A stretch of 64,000 bases of DNA from Desulfobacterales bacterium. Its GTDB lineage: Bacteria; Desulfobacterota; Syntrophobacteria; B119-G9. Shown piece after piece: positions 56,508 to 64,000 of this stretch; within the stretch, counting starts at the first letter, position 1; each line of letters opens with the position of its first letter. Position numbers and translations under genes: made by a program. The stretch covers positions 14,594 through 78,593 of the forward strand of contig JALSTM010000042.1 of NCBI GenBank assembly GCA_026983715.1, written 5' to 3'. Below the pieces are notes generated by a model that was not told where the DNA came from, made no database searches, and worked only from the letters and a program-made list of their open reading frames with translations.

Positions 56508-57089
56508 TTAATTCTCGATGGGAGGATCAACTGCTTCATTCTCTTGCTTTAACTTGCCGGATCTAGCAGCGACCAAATTGTACTTGTTCTTTGAAAAGGC
56601 AATCTTAAATTCCTTGCCTCCCGATTCAACTATTACCGAATCTTGCCTAATATCGACAAATTTAAAATTGTCAACACTATCACCAAGCTTTAACATCCTA
56701 CCTTTAACCAGCAAGTATTTTAACTCGGTACCATCCATTTTTTTGATCGTAATCAAACCGTCTATACTAGGTAATTTTAATGCAACGTTGGCGCGTTTGA
56801 AAAATTTTTTTTCCCTTGAGTAAACAAAACCTCTTGATGATCCACTTGAAGCACGAAAACTAAACGGGTCCCTAGCAAGTTTTAGGGTAGCAAGATCAAA
56901 TTTTTGACTCTTTTTTTCCATTTTTCGTGCGATGCCAAGGGCTTCCTTTAAAGTCCTACCTAGATTGACCTCGTTTTGCTGTTTTGCGTAGAGAATCCTA
57001 GATTCAAATCCGTTTAATATCCATATGTTTATAAAAATAAAGATTGCTCCTACCAAGAGCCATACATAAATAGAAGCTAACTTGCTCAT
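56508..57089 (-). CDS. PilP-like pilus assembly protein
   Basis: 193 aa. An N-terminal transmembrane or signal segment, the conserved RDPF motif and a position directly upstream of the secretin all fit PilP. Confidence 0.55.
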   Translation of the reverse strand: MSKLASIYVWLLVGAIFIFINIWILNGFESRILYAKQQNEVNLGRTLKEALGIARKMEKKSQKFDLATLKLARDPFSFRASSGSSRGFVYSREKKFFKRANVALKLPSIDGLITIKKMDGTELKYLLVKGRMLKLGDSVDNFKFVDIRQDSVIVESGGKEFKIAFSKNKYNLVAARSGKLKQENEAVDPPIEN

Positions 57090-57139
57090 TTTCCCCTCTG
57101 AAAATAAAAATTTTAAACTTAATCCTTACTCAAAGTTCT

Positions 57140-57679
57140 TTACTTGTTTTGCGCTACGTATAACTTCTTCAACCTTGCCCCTAGGACCAAGCTATACGTC
57201 TCCGTTGGTTCATCGGCATCTGACATACTGCTGGTTATGACAATTTTCAATATGTCGATGGAGAGAAAGTGCTCCTCAACTGTATTAATCCACCTTAGAG
57301 CATCCCTATATCTGCCTGAAAAAGACACATTAATAGGAGCCAGGTACATGACATCCTTTTCCCCGGTAATTTCGGAAGGGGCGCTTATAAGTACATTTTT
57401 GAGGCCACATCTCCGTGCTGTTTCAATAAGTTTATTTTCAATATCGAGCCATCCGATCAACGGTTCATCGACTTGTGTATACAGTAAAGAGGAAGCTTCC
57501 AGAACTTTCTTGCCTAAAACTCTGTTCTTAGTGACAAGAACCTTCCCCGCCAGGATATTATCCAGCCTATTTCCCAGAAGCTTCAAACGATCAATCTGGT
57601 AGTGCTCAAAAACGAGAAGGAAAATGTTTAACGACCATATTATGGCAATGGCAATCTTTCTTGCTTTTTTCCCTTTCAT
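57140..57679 (-). CDS. PilO-like pilus assembly protein
   Basis: 179 aa. A single transmembrane helix precedes a coiled-coil and an alpha/beta region, and the gene sits between pilM/N and pilP. Confidence 0.5.
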   Translation of the reverse strand: MKGKKARKIAIAIIWSLNIFLLVFEHYQIDRLKLLGNRLDNILAGKVLVTKNRVLGKKVLEASSLLYTQVDEPLIGWLDIENKLIETARRCGLKNVLISAPSEITGEKDVMYLAPINVSFSGRYRDALRWINTVEEHFLSIDILKIVITSSMSDADEPTETYSLVLGARLKKLYVAQNK

Positions 57680-59076
57680 AGGTTAGCCCTTATCTCGAAT
57701 ACAAAACACATCTCGGAACTATCTAGGTTATCTCTCTGGAATCTAACGTTATCCCAGCTAAGGGGAGGGTTACCTGGAAGCACTGTTCTTAACCTCTTTA
57801 GTAACATTTCTATCCCTTCCCTGAATGCATGGACATCCTCTGTCCTGAAGCTGCCCTCCACCCTCAAATGCTTCTCCTGGTACCAGTCGAACTCCAAGGT
57901 CTTTAATTGTAGAAATGGTATGTCTTTTTCGCCAATCTCCAGGAGAAGTCCACTTACTGATGGATAGTTCGCCTTTGCAACTATTTCATTTGCGGCATCG
58001 GTCCAGTTACTCAACGTTGAACTAATGGTAACTTCTACAGGTTTCGTCTCCACTTCAAGATGCTTCAACAATGATCTATATTGAAATTGCATCCATCCAA
58101 CCTGAATCAGAAATATCAGACATAAAGCCGATCCAACCACAATTCCTGCCCGTTCAAAACAGCTATAGCAGATATTTTTTACCTGATCATCGGGGAGAAG
58201 ATTTGGAACTTTGGTTGTTTGAACAAAGTCTCGTTCGCTAAAATATACCCAGTGCTGGATTCGATCCTGGTTCTTGAGCTGGGCATCAACAATAATTTTT
58301 TTTGAGACCCCATCATCAATGATAGCTATTTCCTTGCCTATGCTCTCTTGTAGCCTGGTATCAAACTTTTCATCCGTAGTAAGATCAATTAAGACTATGA
58401 CTTCAATTTCAGACTTGTACTTCTGTGAGAAATAAATAAGTGACTGATTTATTTCGAAAACCAGGCTATCAAATGCTTCTTCCTGCCTGGAATACTCATT
58501 GAAATCGAATCCACGGGAAAAAGCAAAGCATTTCTTGTAATACATGAGCAGGTGGGACTTTTCTTCTCCATGAAGTAAAAGGGCTACATTTTCCACCTTT
58601 TTCTTTTTGAAAAGTACCTTGAGTTTTTCTCCCCAGAGCAAGCCAGGAGTCGTAACCATACTTACGTTAAATTTTAGTAATTCTAACTTACGAACTACCT
58701 GCAGGGCTTCCTGACGAGTCAAGTAATAGACGTATATCCCCTTTTTCTCATCCGAACGAGCTGAGAAGAAATAGTAATTATAATGAGGAAGATTTTCATC
58801 ATCTCCGGTGAGTTTTCTGAGTTGCCTCAAGACAAACGGCTTGACATATTTTTTTTTCGAGGATTGAAAGGGGAAAAAGGTATTACCAACCCATTCATCC
58901 GGCACGACCACACAAGCGTTATCGACCGCGTTTCTGTACTGTTCTAAAATAGAACCCCCAATAAGATCTTCCAGGGTTCCCGAGTATACGAGCTTTCGGT
59001 CTTCGCTGTTTTTATACAGCACCAGTTTTACAACATCGGAATAGATCCAAATTGTTAAAGTATGCTTGCTAAACAC
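57676..59076 (-). CDS. PilM-like actin-fold protein fused to a PilN-like transmembrane segment
   Basis: 466 aa. The N-terminal about 300 aa are actin-like (LTIWIYSDVVKLVLYK…) followed by a transmembrane helix (IVVGSALCLIFLIQVGW) and about 150 aa of periplasmic region. The assignment rests mainly on gene order. Confidence 0.5.
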   Translation of the reverse strand: MFSKHTLTIWIYSDVVKLVLYKNSEDRKLVYSGTLEDLIGGSILEQYRNAVDNACVVVPDEWVGNTFFPFQSSKKKYVKPFVLRQLRKLTGDDENLPHYNYYFFSARSDEKKGIYVYYLTRQEALQVVRKLELLKFNVSMVTTPGLLWGEKLKVLFKKKKVENVALLLHGEEKSHLLMYYKKCFAFSRGFDFNEYSRQEEAFDSLVFEINQSLIYFSQKYKSEIEVIVLIDLTTDEKFDTRLQESIGKEIAIIDDGVSKKIIVDAQLKNQDRIQHWVYFSERDFVQTTKVPNLLPDDQVKNICYSCFERAGIVVGSALCLIFLIQVGWMQFQYRSLLKHLEVETKPVEVTISSTLSNWTDAANEIVAKANYPSVSGLLLEIGEKDIPFLQLKTLEFDWYQEKHLRVEGSFRTEDVHAFREGIEMLLKRLRTVLPGNPPLSWDNVRFQRDNLDSSEMCFVFEIRANL

Positions 59077-59109
59077 TGAAACTCCTGTCCTTATTTAGCC
59101 TGTAACGTT

Positions 59110-60204
59110 TCACAATGTATCGAGCATCTTAACCATTTCGTCTATATCGGTGGCATAGCTCAACACATCCTCTCTTGATATTAAATTTGAATGGTAAAGT
59201 CTCAGCAAGTCTTGGTTCATGGTCTGCATACCCAACTGAGCCTGGCCCATCTGCATTTGAGCATATATCTGGTGAATTTTCCCCTCCCGGATAAGATTTC
59301 TTATTCCAGGGGTGGGAATCATTACCTCTACAGCAACTACCCGTCCACCGTTAATCTTCGGGATCAGTTGCTGGCTTATAACCCCTTCAAGGACGAAAGA
59401 TAGCTGGGTTCTGACCTGCTGCTGTTGATTTTCCGGGAATACGTCGATTATACGATTTATGGTCTGGACACAGTTGTTTGTATGAAGAGTTCCAAGGGTA
59501 AGGTGGCCAGTTTCCGCAATGTTGAGTGCTGCCTGGATAGTTTCGAGATCACGCATCTCGCCAATGAGAACAATATCTGGATCCTGTCTTAAAACGTGTT
59601 TTAAAGCTTCCCGGAAGGATTCTGTATCCGTCCCAATTTCCCTCTGGTTTACGAGGGACTTTTTATGGGTGTGGAGGAATTCAATAGGGTCTTCTATGGT
59701 TACAATGTGAGCACTTCGTTCCCGGTTTATCTTGTCAATCATTGAAGCAAGGGTCGTGGATTTCCCGCTTCCCGTTGGTCCCGTGACAAGAATCATTCCA
59801 CGGGGCTTTTCTGTCAAAAGATTTAGAACCGGTGGTAGACCAAGAGTCTTAAAATCAGCTACTTCAAAAGGGATAGTCCTGAAAGCTCCCGCTACAGCTC
59901 CTCTCTGGCGATAGATATTCCCACGGAACCTACTCAGTCCAGGGATTCCGAAGGAGAAATCTAGTTCGTTATTTTTTTCGAACCTTTGAATCTGTTTTTC
60001 ATCGAGTATGCTAAAACAGAGTTCTCGGGTATCTTCCTCTGTGAGGGTTGGTCCGTCCATTTTCAGTAACCGACCATCTATCCTGAACTGCGGGGGGCTA
60101 CCAACCGTAATATGTAGATCAGAGGCACCTCTTTCAATCATTTCTCCCAGGAGTGAATGAATGTTTATGTTTTCCTGCTTTACAGTCAATTCTGTGACAC
60201 TCAT
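59110..60204 (-). CDS. pilT: type IV pilus retraction ATPase PilT
   Basis: 364 aa. A Walker A box (LVTGPTGSGKSTT), the AIRNLIREGK motif and the PilT-specific C-terminus are present. Confidence 0.9.
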   Translation of the reverse strand: MSVTELTVKQENINIHSLLGEMIERGASDLHITVGSPPQFRIDGRLLKMDGPTLTEEDTRELCFSILDEKQIQRFEKNNELDFSFGIPGLSRFRGNIYRQRGAVAGAFRTIPFEVADFKTLGLPPVLNLLTEKPRGMILVTGPTGSGKSTTLASMIDKINRERSAHIVTIEDPIEFLHTHKKSLVNQREIGTDTESFREALKHVLRQDPDIVLIGEMRDLETIQAALNIAETGHLTLGTLHTNNCVQTINRIIDVFPENQQQQVRTQLSFVLEGVISQQLIPKINGGRVVAVEVMIPTPGIRNLIREGKIHQIYAQMQMGQAQLGMQTMNQDLLRLYHSNLISREDVLSYATDIDEMVKMLDTL

Positions 60205-60470
60205 TTACAACCTTTTCCCTTTTTAGTTATCTTTGCCCGTACTTTTTTGATAACATCTCGCATGAGATAATCAGAGCTTCTGTATCAACAGGGCTTATTA
60301 CAGCCACCTACCAAGATACGGCTATTTTTCTCCTTCATGCAATCTTAATGCCTCTTATTCATTTTCTTTTTTCCACCACCAGGCTTGACATAAAAAAGAA
60401 AAATAAGTACTTTCGAATAAGAAAATCAGAAATTGGCAGTAGATATGTAGCAAAACAACAAGGGTAGATA

Positions 60471-60773
60471 ATGTTTGCAGTGGCTTATTTTTTTACGGCT
60501 CTCGCGTACGTCATAAATATGGTACTCACAATCTACATGTGGATCATCATTGCGCGTGCAGTTCTTTCGTGGGTGAATCCTGATCCCTACAATCCCATCG
60601 TCAGGTTTCTTTACAGTGTTACAGAACCAGTGCTGTACGCTATAAGAAAAAGATTACCTGTATTCTTTTCAGGAATCGATTTCTCACCGATAATTGTTAT
60701 CCTGGTAATAATCTTTCTCCAAAGATTTCTTGTGCCTACGTTGAGCCAATTTGCACTGCAACTGGCGAGATAA
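60471..60773 (+). CDS. YggT-family membrane protein
   Basis: 100 aa with two transmembrane helices. ARAVLSWVNPDPYNPIVRFLYSVTEP is typical of YggT/Ycf19. Confidence 0.75.
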   Translation: MFAVAYFFTALAYVINMVLTIYMWIIIARAVLSWVNPDPYNPIVRFLYSVTEPVLYAIRKRLPVFFSGIDFSPIIVILVIIFLQRFLVPTLSQFALQLAR

Positions 60774-60816
60774 GAAACATTAGGCAAAAACAGAACATTA
60801 AACAAGGAACCAAAAA

Positions 60817-61317
60817 ATGGAACTGACACCTTGGGACATAGAGGAAAAAAAATTCAGGAAGTGTTTTCGCGGATTGGACGAACGCGAAGTCAAAGCTTTC
60901 ATGGCAAAATTGAGCACACAGGTAGCAGAACTATTGGCTGAAAATGAGAAGTTAAGGGTCGAGTTGAGAGAAAAGGATGCAAAGCTGAAAGAATACAAGG
61001 AAAGAGAGAACCTGTTGAGGAATACATTGATAAGCGCACAGAAATCAGCAGAGCAGATTCGTGCAAACGCTGAAAAGGAAGCCCAGGTTATCATAGCTGA
61101 AGCGGAGCTGGAAGCAGAAAGAATCCTAAACAAGACCCAGCATCGGCTCGCTCAAATCCACGAAGACATCATTGAATTAAAAAGGCAAAGGACTCAACTC
61201 GAGGTCAGGTTACGATCTACCATAGAGTCACACCTGAAGATGCTTGACCTGGAGAAAAAAGAAAGTATAGAAAGTGACGATCTGGAAGAGAAAATAAAAT
61301 TTCTGCGGCAACCATGA
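60817..61317 (+). CDS. DivIVA-domain protein
   Basis: 166 aa. ELTPWDIEEKKFRKCFRGLDEREV matches the DivIVA N-terminus and is followed by a coiled-coil. Confidence 0.8.
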   Translation: MELTPWDIEEKKFRKCFRGLDEREVKAFMAKLSTQVAELLAENEKLRVELREKDAKLKEYKERENLLRNTLISAQKSAEQIRANAEKEAQVIIAEAELEAERILNKTQHRLAQIHEDIIELKRQRTQLEVRLRSTIESHLKMLDLEKKESIESDDLEEKIKFLRQP

Positions 61318-61334
61318 GAACGGGGTAGAATTTC

Positions 61335-61988
61335 ATGGGTACCCCGCCTGGGAAAAAAAAGGACAGCACTGACGATAATTCTTCTCGGGAACTCGTTATT
61401 GAAGTTCCATTCACTGTTACTATAACCAGGGACGACATTCTTGATGCGCTCGCCCAGTGGCCCACTTTGATAGACAGCACCCCAGAAGAACTCATCGAAC
61501 TATTCCGGCTGGCCCTCGAAAGTGCTAAAAAGCGGAACCGCGAGGAAGCATTGGTTAGCCAGGTAATGACCAGAAATGTAATTTATTTAAAACCTGATAC
61601 CACCATTGGCGAAGCCGCCAGAATAATGACGTCAAGAAATGTCCACGGTTGTCCGGTTGTAGATAATCAAATGCACGTAATAGGTATAGTAACGGAGAGC
61701 AATATTGCCTTCCTGGCAGGAGGAACCAAAAGCCCACGTCTCAGGGATTGGTTCAACGTAATTTTCGGTCACCAAAAACCTGCAGAAGTGAACTGGGACG
61801 AAAAGATATCACGGATTATGTCACACCCGGTAACCACGGTTAACCCGGAGACCCCGGTGAAAGAAGCTTTAGCACTCATGCAGGACAAGCGCATTAAAAC
61901 CGTACCGGTAGTTGACCGGAACAACAAGCTGGTGGGTATTCTTTCACTCCACGACATACTGCATCAATTCTCAGCAATGTGTAAATAA
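61335..61988 (+). CDS. CBS-pair domain protein
   Basis: 217 aa. Two CBS motifs are present (VMTRNVIYLKPDTTIGEAARIM…VIGIVTESNI and IMSHPVTTVNPETPVKEALALM…LVGILSLHDIL). Confidence 0.8.
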   Translation: MGTPPGKKKDSTDDNSSRELVIEVPFTVTITRDDILDALAQWPTLIDSTPEELIELFRLALESAKKRNREEALVSQVMTRNVIYLKPDTTIGEAARIMTSRNVHGCPVVDNQMHVIGIVTESNIAFLAGGTKSPRLRDWFNVIFGHQKPAEVNWDEKISRIMSHPVTTVNPETPVKEALALMQDKRIKTVPVVDRNNKLVGILSLHDILHQFSAMCK

Positions 61989-61993
61989 ACCGT

Positions 61994-63733
61994 TTAACCT
62001 TCCTGCTTTTTCAATTCTTCTTCTCTCAATACCTTTCTCAGGATTTTTCCCACTATAGTCTTGGGCAACGAATCTCTGAATTCTACTGCGGTGGGAACCT
62101 TGTATGCTGCCAGTTTTGTCTTACAATACGCTATTACTTCATCCTCGGTCATCGTCACCCCTTCTTTCAATACTATGAATACTTTTACGGTCTCTCCCCG
62201 ATAGGGGTCCGGAACCCCGACGGTGACAGCCTCTTGAATTTTCGGGTGCTCATACAGCACTTCGTCGATCTCCCTCGGGTATATGTTAAATCCACCAGCA
62301 ATAATCATGTCTTTTTTCCGATCCGCAATGAACACGTATCCGTCTTCATCCATGCTCGCTATATCACCTGTGTATAGCCAACCGTTTCTTAGCGTTTTTT
62401 CGGTTTCATTAGGAAGCTTCCAATATCCCTGCATAACTTGGGGCCCTTTTACGATGAGTTCACCGAGTTCTCCCTTGGGAACCTCATTTTCTCCCGTTTC
62501 CAGGTCGACTATTTTGCAATCCGTATCCGAAATAGCTATGCCTATGCTACCAACCTTTCTAACACCCTGCAAAGGATTCACGTGAGTTACAGGAGAAGCC
62601 TCGGTCAGCCCGTAGCCCTCAACAATTCTGCACTTGGTAAGCTCTTCAAACCTTTTCATTGCTTCCACGGGCATTGGGGCAGAACCGGTAATACAGAAGC
62701 GAACGGAAGAAATGTCATACTTTTCTATTTCAGGGTAGTTATTAATGGCTATATAAATAGTTGGAACCCCAGGAAACACTGTCGGCTTGGTTTTAGCCAG
62801 CGTTTTCACGAAACTTTTGACTTCAAACCTCGGAACAAGAATTATCGTGCTCGCATTGTATATTGGCCAGTTCATTGCCACCGTCATGCCAAAAACATGG
62901 AAAAACGGAAGAATAGCCATTACTCTTTCTCTACCCACACGGCGCGTAGGAAACCACATACTGGTTTGAACGGTATTGGACATTATATTTCTATGCGAAA
63001 GCATCACTCCTTTTGGGACACCGGTAGTCCCTCCCGTGTACTGAAGGAGTGCAAGATCATCCTGGGTAGGATACTCAACGTCACCAAGTTCGCTAGTTCG
63101 CGATATCAGTTCTTTGAAATTTAACACTGATCCACCGTACGGAACACCGGTGAACAGTTTCTGTTTCTTAGCCTTTATGGGATATAAAAGGCTCAAATGC
63201 CATGGCAAATACTCCCTCAAACTGGTAACAATTATGGTTTTGAGTCCCGTAGCTCCACGGATATTTTCAGCTTTTGGAAACAAGTGATCCAGAACTATTA
63301 AGACCCGGGCCTCGGAGTTGTTAAACTGGTATTCCATTTCCCGTTCAACATACATGGGATTGGTCATTACCGCCACAGCGCCTATTCTAAGAACAGCATA
63401 GTAGGAAATAACTGCCTGGGGGCAGTTAGGCAACATTATTGCCACCCTATCCCCCTTCCTGACACCTAGATTTAAAAGAGCAGAAGCAAGGCTATTTACC
63501 TGGCGTGTCAGCTCCTTATAGCTCAACGTAGCGCCAAAGAAATTTGTAGCAACATTATCAGGATATTTTTCTGCAGCATCGAACAAAAAATGGGGAACCG
63601 TTTTTTCCGGGTAATCTATACTGGTGGGTACGCCTTTGTCATAGAATTTGTGCCATACTCTCTCCATTTTCTTGCCCCCGGCTGGTAAAAAGTTAAGTTT
63701 ACGTGTCAACTGGTTTTTGTAATGAGAATTCAA
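61994..63733 (-). CDS. fadD: long-chain-fatty-acid--CoA ligase (AMP-dependent synthetase)
   Basis: 579 aa. An AMP-binding motif (LQYTGGTTGVPKGVMLSH), the GYGLTE motif and a C-terminal lysine region are present. Confidence 0.88.
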   Translation of the reverse strand: MNSHYKNQLTRKLNFLPAGGKKMERVWHKFYDKGVPTSIDYPEKTVPHFLFDAAEKYPDNVATNFFGATLSYKELTRQVNSLASALLNLGVRKGDRVAIMLPNCPQAVISYYAVLRIGAVAVMTNPMYVEREMEYQFNNSEARVLIVLDHLFPKAENIRGATGLKTIIVTSLREYLPWHLSLLYPIKAKKQKLFTGVPYGGSVLNFKELISRTSELGDVEYPTQDDLALLQYTGGTTGVPKGVMLSHRNIMSNTVQTSMWFPTRRVGRERVMAILPFFHVFGMTVAMNWPIYNASTIILVPRFEVKSFVKTLAKTKPTVFPGVPTIYIAINNYPEIEKYDISSVRFCITGSAPMPVEAMKRFEELTKCRIVEGYGLTEASPVTHVNPLQGVRKVGSIGIAISDTDCKIVDLETGENEVPKGELGELIVKGPQVMQGYWKLPNETEKTLRNGWLYTGDIASMDEDGYVFIADRKKDMIIAGGFNIYPREIDEVLYEHPKIQEAVTVGVPDPYRGETVKVFIVLKEGVTMTEDEVIAYCKTKLAAYKVPTAVEFRDSLPKTIVGKILRKVLREEELKKQEG

Positions 63734-63795
63734 ACATTAACATAATAACAGGTAAGCGTGGCAATTGGAAGGATTGAGTTGGATCAACGGTTATA

Positions 63796-63820
63796 CAAAA
63801 AGGGGGCTAACAGCCCCCTG
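63796..63820 (-). terminator. rho-independent terminator downstream of the partial Fe-S protein gene
   Basis: On the minus strand the stem-loop GGGGGCTgttAGCCCCC is followed by TTTTTG, 8 nt after the stop codon. Confidence 0.65.
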
Positions 63821-63828
63821 AATTTTTA

Positions 63829-64000
63829 TTTCTTAAATTCAACTGACATCGCCAGAAGCTCGGCTATGTCGTAAACCTTGATATTTTCCTCGAGATCCTT
63901 AGCTTTTAACCCATCTTCAAACATGGTGGTACAGAACGGGCATGCAACTCCAATAATGTCAGGATTACACCTTAGTGCCTGCTCAGTTCTCTCATCGTTT
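63829..64000 (-). CDS. C-terminal fragment of a CCG-domain Fe-S protein (HdrD/GlcF-like), gene continues beyond the window
   Basis: The minus-strand translation …NDERTEQALRCNPDIIGVACPFCTTMFEDGLKAKDLEENIKVYDIAELLAMSVEFKK* contains a CCG-type cysteine motif. Only about 57 codons lie in the window. Confidence 0.5.

Noticed and set aside
1-64000. CRISPR arrays, rRNA genes, integrase or transposase genes
   Set aside because: No regularly spaced direct-repeat array, no rRNA-like stretches and no recognisable recombinase ORF are present. The short repeats found are dispersed single units, not arrays.

Overview
The window is 64 kb of a bacterial chromosome with about 44–46 % GC and Lys/Glu-rich proteins, most likely from a thermophilic anaerobe. 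This is suggested by the fused AhbA/AhbB-type siroheme decarboxylase and the overall gene content. Most of it is core housekeeping, interrupted by short accessory insertions and several families of short intergenic repeats.

Housekeeping content, in order:
- 300–7100 (minus strand): the conserved operon thrS-infC-rpmI-rplT-pheS-pheT, followed by a minus-strand tRNA-Val(GAC) at 7283–7357.
- 7.4–13 kb: a GH3 NagZ-like hydrolase, trpS, an RluB-like pseudouridine synthase, a TPR protein and an ATP-grasp protein.
- 13.9–23.1 kb: an LPS inner-core island with GT1 and GT9 transferases, asnB, and two Kdo/WaaP-family kinases, one of them a tandem-domain protein.
- 23.1–28.2 kb: a bacterial CDC48/VCP-like double-AAA ATPase transcribed divergently from a MoxR (CoxD-like) AAA plus CoxE-like VWA pair. 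A GxxExxY (PD-(D/E)xK-like) gene flanked by 60-bp direct repeats lies between them.
- 28.4–43.1 kb: ttcA, polA, a MntA/HepT toxin-antitoxin pair plus a Cys-rich protein and a SAM methyltransferase on a repeat-bounded islet, an HD hydrolase, RidA, FKBP, nadE, waaA (kdtA), an SdhE-like protein, an AIM24-family protein and the fused AhbAB.
- 46.6–60.2 kb: a large type IV pilus / T2SS-like cluster (ExeA-like ATPase, TPR protein, a GspE/PilB ATPase with an MshEN-type c-di-GMP motif, GspF/PilC, then on the opposite strand two prepilin-type proteins, PilQ secretin, PilP, PilO, PilM/N and PilT).
- 60.4–64 kb: yggT, divIVA, a CBS-pair protein, fadD, and the 3' end of a CCG-domain Fe-S protein.

The most unusual locus is a tightly coupled three-gene operon at 43211–46227, sitting between ahbAB and a repeat element. 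It encodes a 67-aa protein with 12 cysteines, a BPL_N (class I glutamine-amidotransferase-like) domain protein, and an atypically long DprA/Smf (SLOG Rossmann) protein. The DprA-like protein carries a roughly 190-aa C-terminal extension whose motifs weakly resemble ADP-ribosyltransferase (DarT/KptA-like) signatures. I flag this as a candidate undescribed nucleic-acid-targeting or conflict system.

Four families of short intergenic repeats recur across the window: a double-hairpin element, a MITE-like element with CCTGAATCCGTGA terminal inverted repeats, a longer 'ctagt' palindrome-containing family, and the 60-bp direct repeats around the GxxExxY gene. No CRISPR array and no rRNA were found.
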